From contig JAGIQG010000002.1 of assembly GCA_024679065.1 (NCBI GenBank), forward strand, positions 67,704,001 through 67,768,000: 64,000 bases of DNA, read 5' to 3'. The stretch comes from Sphyrna mokarran (Eukaryota). Position 1 is the first letter of the stretch. Each line of letters opens with the position of its first letter. Below the pieces are notes generated by a model, which ran no database searches, was not told where the DNA came from, and worked only from the letters and a program-made list of their open reading frames with translations. This document shows, one piece after another, positions 28,850 through 40,508 of this stretch. Made by a program: the position numbers and the translations under genes.

Positions 28850-29055
28850 TCAAAACCCATTTGGTTCACTAATGTCCAAGAAAGAATTAAACCTGTCATT
28901 TTTATCTGTTCTTTCTTTGTGACTCCAGACTCACAGCACAATAGTTGACTGTTAACAGCCCTCTGATACAACCTAGCAAGCTGTGCAACTGTATTCAAGA
29001 AGGTGACTCACTATCATCTTCTCAACGACAATAAGAATTGAATAACAAGTGCTGT
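28850..29055 (+). mobile_element. Deu-domain SINE relic (SacSINE1-like)
   Basis: aaaacccatttggttcactaatgtcc...gtgactccagac...gttgactgttaacagccctctg matches the recalled DeuSINE core. Confidence 0.65.
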
Positions 29056-29231
29056 TGAACTAATTTAAAACATATTAATTGCACCATCTAGACAGCCTTA
29101 TTTTTACCTTTTGTACATTTTGTTTGAGAATTAAAGATAAGAAAAATCACTAGCAGAGTTAGGGATGTAAAATAAGTGCATGAGATCCATCTTAAAGTGT
29201 CTAGTAATTTGTTACCTGCTTTCCTCTTCAG

Positions 29232-29402
29232 TCGATGGCGGTTGGTCTTGTTGGGCATCCTGGTCAAAGTGCTCTGTCACCTGTGGAGGTGGACATTACA
29301 TGAGGACACGTTCCTGCAATAATCCTTCACCTGCGTATGGTGGCGATATCTGTCTGGGTCTCCACACTGAAGAAGCATTGTGCAACACACAACCTTGTCC
29401 AG
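29232..29402 (+). CDS. SEMA5A: Semaphorin-5A exon; TSP1 repeat
   Basis: Acceptor ctcttcag and donor gtatgg. Reads VDGGWSCWASWSKCSVTCGGGHYMRTRSCNNPSPAYGGDICLGLHTEEALCNTQPCP. Confidence 0.97.
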
Positions 29403-29871
29403 GTATGGAGGAGACAGAATGTAGACTTCAGTAGAAATAAATGCCAAACATTTAGCTGCTCAGTTTGGCACTGAAATTCATTTGTAATGATATAACATTA
29501 TTTATTTGGTCCTAACTCATTTGCAAAAAAAAAAGTTTCTTGCAAAGTTATGATGATGGCTGTCATAAGACAGATTTCAAAAAATATGCAAAATTTCAAT
29601 TTGTGTTTTGCACATGGCTTGCATATTTATATGTCTTTCCTGCAGAATGCTAAATTATATTCTTGTTTAGTTTCAATCTGCTGTTAAGTTATTTTCTGAT
29701 ATTTTTGAAAACCTAATGATTTTTTCAGTATTAAAAAGGTGAGAAACTAGCAAGTGCTTGAATTCATATTTTTTCACAATTCCAATGATTAAGTGATGAT
29801 TAACTATTGAATATTTGAACACATTATGGTTGTCCTGACAGAATGCTTACCACTTTCTTTCCCTGCTACAG

Positions 29872-30027
29872 ATAGTTGGTCCGAATGGTCTGGGTGGTCA
29901 GAATGTGAAGTCTCAGGTTTACAGCATCGTATTCGTCATTGTAAAATCTTATTCCCTGTTGGTTATCAGTGCTCTGAGAACAGTAGTGAGAGCAGAACTT
30001 GTATCTATGACTCCAATTTCATTCCTG
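29872..30027 (+). CDS. SEMA5A: Semaphorin-5A exon; last TSP1 repeat
   Basis: Acceptor ctgctacag and donor gtaagt. Reads DSWSEWSGWSECEVSGLQHRIRHCKILFPVGYQCSENSSESRTCIYDSNFIP. Confidence 0.96.
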
Positions 30028-30497
30028 GTAAGTGTTCTGGCATCATGGGATTGATGAAAGTATTGCTGCAAAGACAGCATATAAATAATTGTTGGTGTGC
30101 CTTCACTGTGCATTGAATAATAGTATCTATCTGAACTGCTTAAAACTTGAGGGATGAAATTCAACTTCCGCAAGAATGTACATCAAATTCCTCTCCTCAT
30201 TATACCTCCAATTTTCAATGTACAGCTTCAGCATATGCAACTAACAAATAAAGATTGTTTAATTTTCACAATGTAATTACATTGATACAAATGGCAACAT
30301 TTAGAATCTTCAATACTGACCAGAAAAATCATTTACAGTGAAGAACTGAAAAATCAACATGTTATATTTATTTGAAAGGGGAGAACTTTGGGAATTCCAG
30401 CCCAGGTTACATTAATAATCTGTAGCTTTACCTAAATATTGAAAGAAGCAACAAAATGAAAGTAATGAGTAATACTCTGGAAACACAGATGTAATTT

Positions 30498-31662
30498 TAA
30501 AGTCACCTCTCATTCTTCCAAACTCCAGTGAGTACAGGCCCAACCTATTTAATATTTCTTCATAAGAAAATCCCTTTATATTCAGGATCAATCTAGTGAT
30601 TCTTCTCCAGACTGTCTCCAATGCCAGTATATCTTTCCTTAGATAAGGGTACAAAACTGTTCACAGTATTCTGGATGTAGTCAAACTGGTGTCTTGTATA
30701 GTTTAGGCAAGTCTTCTCTATTTTTATATTACATTCCCTTTAAAATAAAGGCCAACATTCAATTTCCCTTCCTGATGACCTGCTGAACTTGCATACTAGC
30801 TTTTTGTGATTTATGCACAAGAACCCCAAAGCCCCTCTGTACTGCAGTTTTCTGCAGTTTTTCTTTATTTAAATAATATTCAGTTCCTATATTCTTCCTA
30901 CCAAAGTGAATAACTTCACATTTTCTTGCATTATATTCTGTCTGCCAAGTTTTTGTTCACGCACCTAACCTGTCTACTTTCCTCTGTAGACTTTGGCCGG
31001 AATTTTACCGGCACACCCGTCCCAATTCCGGGAGCAGATGAGGCTTGGAGAATGGCATTCTCCGTTGGCCTTGGGTGGGATCATGTGAACCTCGGGCAGA
31101 TGTGGTGGTAAAATTCCGCTCTTTGTGTTATTCTCATCACTTGCCTTCCCACCTAATTTTATGTCATCTGAAAACTTGGCAATAGTACATTCACTTGCCT
31201 TATCAAGTCATTAATTTGTATTATAAATAAGTGTGGCCCTGTCACTGATCCCTGTGGCAACCCACTAGTTACAGGTTGCCATCCTGAAAATGCCCCTCAT
31301 CCCAACTTTTTGTCTTCTATCTGTAATCCTTTATACATTGCTAATATACTAACCCTAGCACCATGGGCTTTTACATATTAAGTACCTTTTAGTGCGGTAC
31401 CTTATTGAACGTTTTTTGGAAATCCAAGTATAATACATCTACTGGATCCCCTTTTACTATCCTGCTGTTACCACCTCAAACAATTTTAATAAATTTGTCG
31501 GGCATGATTTTCCCTTTATGAAGTCATGCAGATTCTTCTTGATTACCTTATGTATTTCTAAACGCTCTGTTATTACATCCTCTATAATGTTCTCTAACAT
31601 TTTTCCAATGACAGAAGTTAAGCTAATTGTCTGTAGTTACCTTTTCTTGGTCTCCCTCCCTA
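30498..31662 (-). mobile_element. CR1 LINE RT fragment
   Basis: Minus ORF YLRKDILALETVWRRITRLI...SYEEILNRLGLYSLEF, plus YLDFQK motif. Confidence 0.92.
30995..31121. mobile_element. 127 bp MITE with terminal inverted repeats and a 3 bp TSD (TTT), inserted in the CR1
   Basis: ggccggaattttacc ... ggtaaaattccgctc, flanked by ttt on both sides. The CR1 sequence resumes across it. Confidence 0.85.
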
Positions 31663-32152
31663 AGGTTGATCAAGCTTCTGTCAGGAACATTCAGGGGACA
31701 GTGACTATAGTTTTCATGAAGTTTAGGTTAGGTATGCAAAAGATCAAGAGTAATCTGCTCAGGTCATCATCGACTTAAAACAAACTCTATTTCCCTCGAT
31801 TAACACTGCCTAACCTGTTGATAGATCCAACATTTCTTTTTAAATTTCTTGTCAATCTGTGCCTGATATTTCATAAGGTGTTCAACGAAAGAGTCTAGTA
31901 TCATCATCTTAAGGTACCAAGAATGGGCCTTAAATGCCAGCTTTGCCAGTGACATTCATGTCCTGAGAGTTATTTTCTTTTTAAATTCAATCAACTAGGT
32001 TTAGCAATTAATGCAACTTGACAGCATTTTTCACGAACTGAAAATATATTTTTTTAAAAATTGAAGCTTCTTTAAAAATTTGGCATTTAACTAAATCTAG
32101 GTAAAGCATGGCATTAGGATTCAGTACCACAACTCCCACCTACCACCACCAC

Positions 32153-32234
32153 CACACACACGTGCGCGCGCGCACACGCACACGCGCGCACACGCACACA
32201 CACACGCGCGCGCGCGCACACACACACACACACA
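32153..32234. repeat. Compound (CA)n/(CG)n microsatellite
   Basis: About 82 nt of strictly alternating purine-pyrimidine. Confidence 0.95.
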
Positions 32235-33384
32235 AGTACCAACCCCTCTCACTCTCCTTCCCAAGTTAAGAGCAGAATTGGGAAAGTTTGCCTGTTTTGT
32301 GTACTATAAGCAGAACTATTATGCTGTATACATGAATACACATTGTGTTGTGTGAATAATTTTACTGCAGACATGCGAAACCTCTGTGTATAACTATCAG
32401 TTTATGTAGATATGAAGATGAATGTCGTGCTTCACTGGCTATTTAGTAAGCATCATGCACGCAGTATACTTGGCTGAAATATTCCACAAATGCAAAATAG
32501 CCCACCAACACTCATGCTCACAATGAATGTATGACTGACAGTGATTGAAAAGGGGAAACATTAGAGTTTATACTTAGAAAAACAGAGGCAGAAACTTGGG
32601 AATAGATAATCTGTTTGTTTTCCATCAAAGCTAGTGGATGACATTTAGTTTGAAATTCCAAGGAGAAAAATGCCGGAAGAATGAGGGAGGAAAAGCAATA
32701 AAGATTGTTAGAAAATAGAAGCTAGCAGTGAATTGGTTATTCTCCATTGCCTACATATGATAACATCATCGCCAGTTAAATCTGGCAAGCTATCCTTTGT
32801 TTCAAACAAGACCACTAACGTGGCAGGGATATCTCTGTAATCGCTGGAATTAACTGCATGAAGTGCTGCTGATCATGAAAATCAAAACTCTCACGTGACT
32901 GCAGTGAAACCCACATCTGTTCAAAGCTAATACAAGCACATTCCTTGTGGAAGCATGCCTATTCTTGGCTCGGATTGATCGTAGTTTGACAAATGCCAAT
33001 TCAAACAGCCTGTTTATGAGCAATAATTTTCTACTCCATTTGTTGTATATCAATTTATATTTCCACTGTAGTTGACTATCTTTATGTAATATTAAAAGTA
33101 ATTTAACCACATCAACAAATCAATGGACAGTGACAAAATAAATTCCTTCTCCTGTAGTCACATAAAACTCATATATGTTATTAGTTATGTTAGTCTTTTT
33201 GATGCAAGATGACAATTTATCAGTAAATGTGCATTAAAGAAATGAAAACTAAAGGAGATTAGATTTAAAGTTAACTTAATTTTGGGTTCCTTGGCAAGTT
33301 TTGTTTTCCTAGCAGCCATTACCCATTGATTTTCCCCTTTCCACCATTGTCAGTGTTAAAAATGAGGTTCCTGTAAGAGTAAAC

Positions 33385-33795
33385 CATAGAATCCTTACGA
33401 TGCAGAAGAAGGCCATTCTGCCCATTTAGTCTCTACCAACTCTCCAAAACAGCATCTCACCCAGGCCCAACCTCTGCAACTCTGCACATCTACACAGTCA
33501 ATCCCCTTAACCTACCCAACTTGGGATGCTAAGGAGAAATTTGGCACGGTCAAACCACCTAATCGGCACATCCTAGAGGATTTTCATAGTACCTTTATTG
33601 CAGTGTTAATATAAAATTACTTGTGACGCTAATAAATAAATAAAATAAATCTTTGGATTGTGCAAGGAAACTGGAGCACTTGGAGGAAACCCATACAGAC
33701 ATAGGGAGAACGTGCAAACTCCACTCAGTCACCTAAGGTCAGAGTCAAACCCAAGTCCTTGGCATTGTGAGGCAGCAGTGCTAACCACTGCTGTC
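33385..33795 (-). mobile_element. V-SINE with a nested SINE-tail fragment
   Basis: Reverse complement of the tRNA head (gaggcagcagtgctaaccactg) and the V-domain. Confidence 0.88.
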
Positions 33796-34005
33796 CAAGA
33801 CTAGCTTCAGCATATGTTGAGAGCAGGTAATGTTCGCTGAAACCTGTATTTAAGAGTTAGGTTTTCAAAAGTACCTCACTGGCTGTAAAATATTTTGTTA
33901 CATTGTCAAGTTGTGAAAGATGCTATATAAATCAAATTCTTTATTTCTAAGAGATGCTATGGGATAGCAAGTATGAGTGGGGATCCTGACAAATGAAGTG
34001 GGGGG

Positions 34006-34315
34006 GTGGGCACAGTAGTTCACATTGTTACCTCAGCTCTGGAGACCCAGGTTTGATTCTGGCGTTGGGTGATTTGGGTGGAATTTGCATGTTTTCCTTA
34101 TATCTCTGTGGATTTCCTATGGGTGCTCCCGTTTCCTCTCTCAGTCCAAAGATGTGCAGGTTAGGTTGATTGGCCGTGCTAAATTGCTCCTTACTGTCAG
34201 GGGAGTTGGCAAAGTAAATACTTGGGGTTACAGGGTTGGGGCCTGGGTGGAATTGTTGTTGGTGCAGGCTCGATGGGCCAAATGGATTCCTTCTGCATTG
34301 TAAGAATTCTAAGAA
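34006..34315 (+). mobile_element. V-SINE (HE1-like)
   Basis: V-domain cagtccaaagatgtgcaggttaggttgattggcc and CR1-like tail. Confidence 0.88.
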
Positions 34316-34546
34316 ATAACCCACTCCTTAATTCAACATATTGAGGTCAGTTTTCCATCCCTCAACTGCCCAGTCAGAATCAGAAAGCTGAACACAGGTT
34401 GGGATCGAATCTGGGTAATAGTGGCTCAAAATGATAAACATATCAAGAGAGTTTCTTGAGAAAGCTTTGAAGTATTCTCTTTATTTGAATTTTCAAATGA
34501 GCGTTTTAGATAATCAAAGCAATTGAATTTTAATTTCTTCCCTTAG

Positions 34547-34591
34547 AAGTGCAGATTGCCAAGTCCAGCTCAGGAGAGAGAAGATGTGGTG
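34547..34591 (+). CDS. SEMA5A: Semaphorin-5A 45-nt juxtamembrane exon
   Basis: Acceptor ttcccttag and donor gtaggt. Reads EVQIAKSSSGERRCG, comparable to mammalian EVSVARSSSVEEKRCG. Phase 1-1. Confidence 0.9.
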
Positions 34592-34685
34592 GTAGGTGCT
34601 GATTTCTACATTTCAAGGAACTTCTTAAACAAGTTCAAATTTAATTAATGAGCATTTATCCTACTGTTTCCAAAATGTTTTGCAG

Positions 34686-34897
34686 AATTCAACATGTTCC
34701 ACATGATTGCAGTGGGATTGAGCTGCTCCATCTTGGGCTGCCTTTTAACATTGCTTGTGTATACCTACTGCCAGCGATACCAACGGCAGTCCCATGATGC
34801 TACTGTCATTCATCCAATTTCTGCAGTTCCCCTCAATACTAGCATCACAAACCATGTCAATAAACTCGAAAAATATGATTCGGTGGAAGCCATTAAG
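34686..34897 (+). CDS. SEMA5A: Semaphorin-5A transmembrane and cytoplasmic exon
   Basis: Acceptor ttttgcag and donor gtgaga. Reads EFNMFHMIAVGLSCSILGCLLTLLVYTYCQRYQRQSHDATVIHPISAVPLNTSITNHVNKLEKYDSVEAIK. Confidence 0.97.
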
Positions 34898-36398
34898 GTG
34901 AGATGCTCCAACTTGGAATCATAATGCTCATTTATTACTGTCTTCCAATGTTTAATATTCAGTCACCAAACACGCAGCTAAGCAATGAATGGTACAATTC
35001 AGTGTGTGCAAGTTACCAACTTGCCAATATTTTACTGTTAAGACCTGGGAATAATAATTAAAGATAATTGAAAAATGTTGAATAGAACAGCTGGAATACA
35101 TAAATTTGTCAGAAATGAAAAACATTGTGAACAAAAATAGGAAAATACTTGTTTTTCTCCAAAATTAATAAGGCACAAACTAATTGTAACCTGAGAAATT
35201 GCCTGAATGGAGCTATGTTCTTTTAACTTTGTTAGTGGATAAGTTAAAATGAAGGAGAAGAAGAAATTGTCCCTAAAAGATGAATTTCACCTTGATTATG
35301 AAAATTGTTTGATTGGGAATTGGCCTATCCGTTTTGCAGAAGTTGACGTCTGCACCAAAAGCTTACATCATTTCCCCTTCAAGAAGCCTGTTTCAGCTTA
35401 TGTCTAAATATGTCTTTATTTATGCTGGTAACTTTTAATTTCACCACTTGAATGGTAATGTGATGGAACCAATTGCCTACCTGTTATAGAACTCATCCAG
35501 TTTACATCCCGTTGAAATGAATTTGATGAAAAACAGATGATCTCAATATTGGCAGGAGATCCACATATTCCCTCATATTATCTCTCAAATGGTGAAAGAT
35601 AAATCCTCCCTCCTGTGAATATGAGGAAAAATGAAGTGAGTAGCTAAGCTCGTACCTTTCGAGGTATTTGCAGAAGTATTTATGCAAGACCTGAAGGAGA
35701 TCTTGATCTTTCTTATGAGATAACTGTTCAAGATTTTGATGAGGGGCATATATAAAATCAGTTGGTAGTGATGATGTGGGACAGGCGTTGTGCAGAAGTC
35801 AAGGTTGATCAAAAATGATGGAATTTTGAAGGACATCTACAGCCTGGCATATGTTGTTTCAGCTCTGCTTTTAGCAATAATTTTGCCACATCACCATAGC
35901 CATGAACAGATAATCAGGGGGTCATAGAATTGTAGAATTGTTGAAGCACACAGAAAAAGACCATTCAGCTTTTTGTGTCTGCATTCGGATCCCTGGCACT
36001 GAGAGGCTTTACAGGTAATCAAGTCTTAAGGTACAGACAATGTGAATGGTGTCTCCACATCACTGTGAGGCAGCAGTGCTAACCATTGTGTCACCATGTC
36101 ACCCACAGTGCACTCAGGCAGTGCATTCCAGATTTTAATCCTCTCACAATTCGATGAACTTATAACTTGTGTCACATTTGCTTCTTTTGCTAATTACTTT
36201 AAATCCGTGTCCTTTCGTTGACAATCCTTTCACAAGGGGAAACAGTTTTTCACCATCTACTCTGTCCAGATCGCTCAAGATTGTTTGAGTACCTCTATCG
36301 CATCTTATCTCAACTTTCTCTTTTCCAAGGAAAACTGTCCCAATTTTTCTGATCTGAATTTCCTCAATCCTGGAAGCTTTGTTATGAATCTTTTCTGG

Positions 36399-37097
36399 TA
36401 GCCACGATGTGGAGATGCTGGCGTTGTACTGGGGTAAACACAGTATTACGTCTCACAACACCAGGTTAAAGCCCAACAGATGTATTTGATAGCAAAAGCC
36501 ACAAGCTTTCAAAGCGCTCCATAATGAGGTGAGTGGGATTTCAGTTCACAAACAAGCATATAAAGACACAAACTCAATTTACAAAATAATGCTTGGAATG
36601 CAAGTTTTATCAAGTAAAAGTACAGACAGAGAGTGGGTTAAGTAGGGTTAAAGAGATATGTATTGTCTCCAGCCGGGACAGTTAATGAGGTTTTGCAAGC
36701 CCAGACAAGTTGTGGAAGTTACAAATAGTGTGACATGAACCCAGGATCCTGGTTAAGGCCTTCCTCATGTGTGTGGAACTTGGCTATCAGTCTCTGCTCA
36801 GCGACTCGACACGACAGCGCAAAGTCGCTGAGCAGAGACTGATAGCCAAGTTCTGAATATATGAGGATGGCCTCAACTGGGATCTTGGGTTCATGTCACA
36901 CTATCTGTAACCCCCACGACTTGCCTAGGCTTGGAAAATTTCACTAACTGTCCTGGCTGGAGACAATAGACATCTCTTTAACCTGTGCTTAACCCTGTCT
37001 CCACTCACATTGTCTAAGACTTGATAAGACTCGCATTCCAACCACTTGTTTGTGAATTGAGTTTGTGTCTTTATATGCCCTGTTTGTGAACTGAAAT
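36399..37097. mobile_element. Penelope-like retroelement 3' ends in inverted arrangement
   Basis: Right arm reads AEQRLIAKF*IYEDGLNWDLGFMSHY (GIY-YIG C-terminal GLN motif). 36540-36806 is the inverted copy of 36823-37097. Confidence 0.85.
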
Positions 37098-37104
37098 AAG
37101 TTCA

Positions 37105-40100
37105 TAATAAAAAATAGAAGCAGGAGTAGGCCATCCAGCCCCTCGACACTGCCCTGCCATTCAACTAGATGATGGCTGATGTGATAGTGGTTCGATTCCA
37201 TTTACTCACCTGCTCCCCATAACCCTTAATTCCCTTATTGGTCAAAAATCTACCTTGACTTAAAGACATTTAACGAGGTAGCCTCCACCGCTTCAACGGA
37301 CAGAAAATTCCAAAGATTCACTACCCTCTGGGAGAAGAAGTTTCTTCTAACTCTGTTCTAAATTGACTCCCTCTTATTTTGAGGCTGTGCCCTCTAGTTA
37401 TTGTTTCCTTTCTAAGTGGAAATAATCTCTCTGCTTCTACCCTATCTAGCCCCTTCATTATCTTACATGTCTCTATAAGATCTCCCCTCAGCCTTCTAAA
37501 CTCCAACGAATACAGGCCCAGTCTACTCAATCTCTCCTCATAAGCTAACCCCCTTATCTCCGGAACTTTCTCAGCACTCCCTCCGAAGCCAATATAGCCT
37601 TTCACAAATAAGGGGACAAAATTGCACACATACTCAAGTTGTAGCCTCATCAGTACCTTGTACAATTGCAACAAGACCTCCCTGCTTTTATATTCTATCC
37701 CTCTCGTGATAAATCCAACATTCCATTTGCCTTCTTGATCACCTGCTGCACCTGTCATCTGAGTTTTTGTGATTCATGCACAAGGACCCCCAGGTCCCTT
37801 TGCACAGTAGCATGTTGTAATTTTTCACCTTTTAATTAATAGTCCATTTTACAATTATTCCTTCAAAAGTGGATAACCTCACACTTGCTAATGTTATACT
37901 CCATTTGCCAGATCCTCACCCACTCACTTAGCCTATCCAAATCTTTCTGCAAGACTTTCTGCGTCCTCCACACAATTTGTTTTCCCACTCATCTTTGTGT
38001 CATCTGCAAACTTTGTTACCTTACACTCAGTCCCCTCCTCCAGATTATCTATGTATCTGGTAAACAGTTGAGGCCCCAGCACTGATCCCTGCGGCATGCC
38101 ACTAGTCACCAACTGCCAACCAGAAAAGCACTCATTTATTCTAACTGTCTGCTTTTTGTTAGATAACCAATCCTCAATCTACACTAACACTTTACCCCCA
38201 ACTCCGTGTACCTTAATCTTATGCAGCAACCTTTTGTGAGGCCTGAGTGGGGACAGGTGCAGCAGGTGATCAAGATGGCAAATGGAATGTTGGATTTATC
38301 ACGAGAGGGATAGAATATAAAAGCAGGGAGGTCTTGCTGCAATTGTACGCCTTCTGAAAATTTAAAAACACCACATCTATCGGTTCCCCTCTGTCAACCG
38401 CACTTGTTACATCTTCATAAAAATCCAGTAAATTCGTCAAACACGACTTTCTCTTCATAAATCCATGCTGCGTCTGCTTGATTGAACCATTCTTTTCCAG
38501 GTGTCCTGCTATTTCTTTCTAAATGATAGATTTCAGCATTTTCCCAACTATGGATGTTAAGCTAACTGACCTGTAGTTACCTGCTTTTTGTCTACTTCCT
38601 TTTTTAAACAGTGGTATTACATGAGCTGTTTTCCAATCAGCTGGCACCTCCCCAGAGTCCAGTGAATTTTGATAAATTACAACTAATGCATCTACTATTA
38701 CTTCTGCTGTTTCTTTTAGTACCTTGGGATGCGTTCCTTCTGGACTCGGGGACATGTCTATCTTTCGTACCATTAGCCTACCAAGCACTATCTCTTTTGT
38801 AATAGTAATCGTTTTAAGGTCCTTACCCCCTACATCAATGATTCCATGACCATCAATTATTGATAAACTATTTGTGTCCTCCCCTGTGAAGACTGACACA
38901 AAAAACTTGTTTAAGGCCTTGGCCATTTCCTTGTTTCCCACTATTAAATCCCCCTTCTCATCTTCTAAGGGTCCACAGTTACTTTAGCCATTCTTTTCCA
39001 TTTTATATATTTGTAAAAACATTTACTATCAGTTTTTATATTTTGTGCTAGTTTAGTTTCATAATCTGTCTTTCCTTTCTTCATTGCTTTCTTAGTAGTT
39101 CTTTGCTGTTTTTAAAGTTCTCCCAATCTTCTAATTTCCTACTAATTTTGGCCACTTTGTATGCATTTGTTTTTAATTTGATACTCTCCTTTGTTTCCTT
39201 TGTTATCCGTGGCTGGTTATCCTTTTTCTTACATTCCTTCTTTTTCACTGGAATATATTTTTGCTGAGTACTGAGAAAAATCTGTTCAAAATCCTCCACT
39301 GTTCCTCAGTTGTCCTACCAACCAGTCTGTGCTCCCAGTCTACATTAGCCAACTCCACCCTTATCCTATTGTACTCTCCTTTGTTCAAGCAGAGGACACT
39401 GGTTAGGGATCCTATTTTCTCACCCTCCATCTGTATTAGAAATTCAACCATATTGAGATCATTCATTCCAAGAGGATCCCTCACAAGAAAATTAATTTTA
39501 CCTGTCTCATTACACAGGACCAGATCCAAGATAGCTCATTGTCTCGTAAGTTCTATAACATCCTGTTGAGGAAACTATCCTGACAGCATTCTAAGAACTT
39601 TTCTTCAAGTCCACCACGTCTGACTTGAATTGACCAATCAATATGTAGGTTAAAATCCCCCATGATTATTGTTGTTCTGTTTTTACACGCATCTGTTATT
39701 TGCTTGTTTATAGCCCGCCCTACCTCAAAGTTATTATTTGGGGGCCTATAGACTACACCCACCACTGACTTTTTCCCCTTACTATTCCTTATCTCCACCC
39801 ACACTGATTTCACATTTTGCTCGTTAGAGCCTACATCATCTCTCACTATTGTTATCTTTTATTAACAGAGCTACCTCACTTCCTTTTCCTTCCAAACCTT
39901 CCAAAATGTCTGATACCTCTGGATATTCAGTTCCCATTCCCGGTCACCCTGCAACCACGTTTCTGTAATGGTCACTAGATCATACTCGTTTGTACTGATT
40001 TGTGCTGTCAACTCAATGTCTTTGTTTCAAATGCTACACGCATTCAGGTAAAGTGTGTTTATGTTAGCCTTTATCTGGACCCGATTTGTTAGTGCATTCT

Positions 40101-40130
40101 TTTTGTTTGCACGCTCTGTCCCTTCCTGTT
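37105..40130 (-). mobile_element. CR1 LINE ORF2 (APE endonuclease and RT), frameshifted
   Basis: Minus ORFs contain LYLNACSI, GVVYRPPN, IMGDFN, GNYRSVSLTS, KSCLTNLLDFYE and LAYEERLSRLGLYSLE. Confidence 0.95.
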
Positions 40131-40179
40131 GCAGACTGGTTATTATTCTCCAGACCAATTCCCTGCACAGGGAATTGAC

Positions 40180-40275
40180 CATCTCCCTTCTGACAAAGGA
40201 GCATCGAGCGCTCTGAAAGCTAGCATTTGCTACCAAATAAACCTGTTGGACTTTAACTCGGTGTTGTAAGACTTC
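40180..40275 (+). mobile_element. Penelope pseudo-LTR fragment with degenerate hammerhead ribozyme core
   Basis: CTGACAA-aggagc-loop-gctct-GAAA followed by aataaacctgttggactttaac. Homologous to the reverse complement of 36450-36540. Confidence 0.7.
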
Positions 40276-40508
40276 CAACTGAATTTTTTCTGTGCAGGGT
40301 TGGCCACAGAATGTCTCATGTTTACAGTGAGAGCAGAAGGTGCTGTCTTCCAGATTTACTTCAACACCAAGACTGAAAACAAATTTCTGGTCATAAACAC
40401 TGCAATAATTCATGAGTTAAAGCTGAAGCCATCAGAAGTTGCAGGGATAATAGACTAAAAATGGTAATATTTCTCAGAGCATTAATAAATAATGTCTTTA
40501 TTTTCCAG

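Noticed and set aside
29180-29434. Stand-alone secreted TSP1 micro-protein with a signal-like N-terminus
   Set aside because: It is a SEMA5A exon plus intronic read-through, with canonical splice sites at 29232 and 29402.
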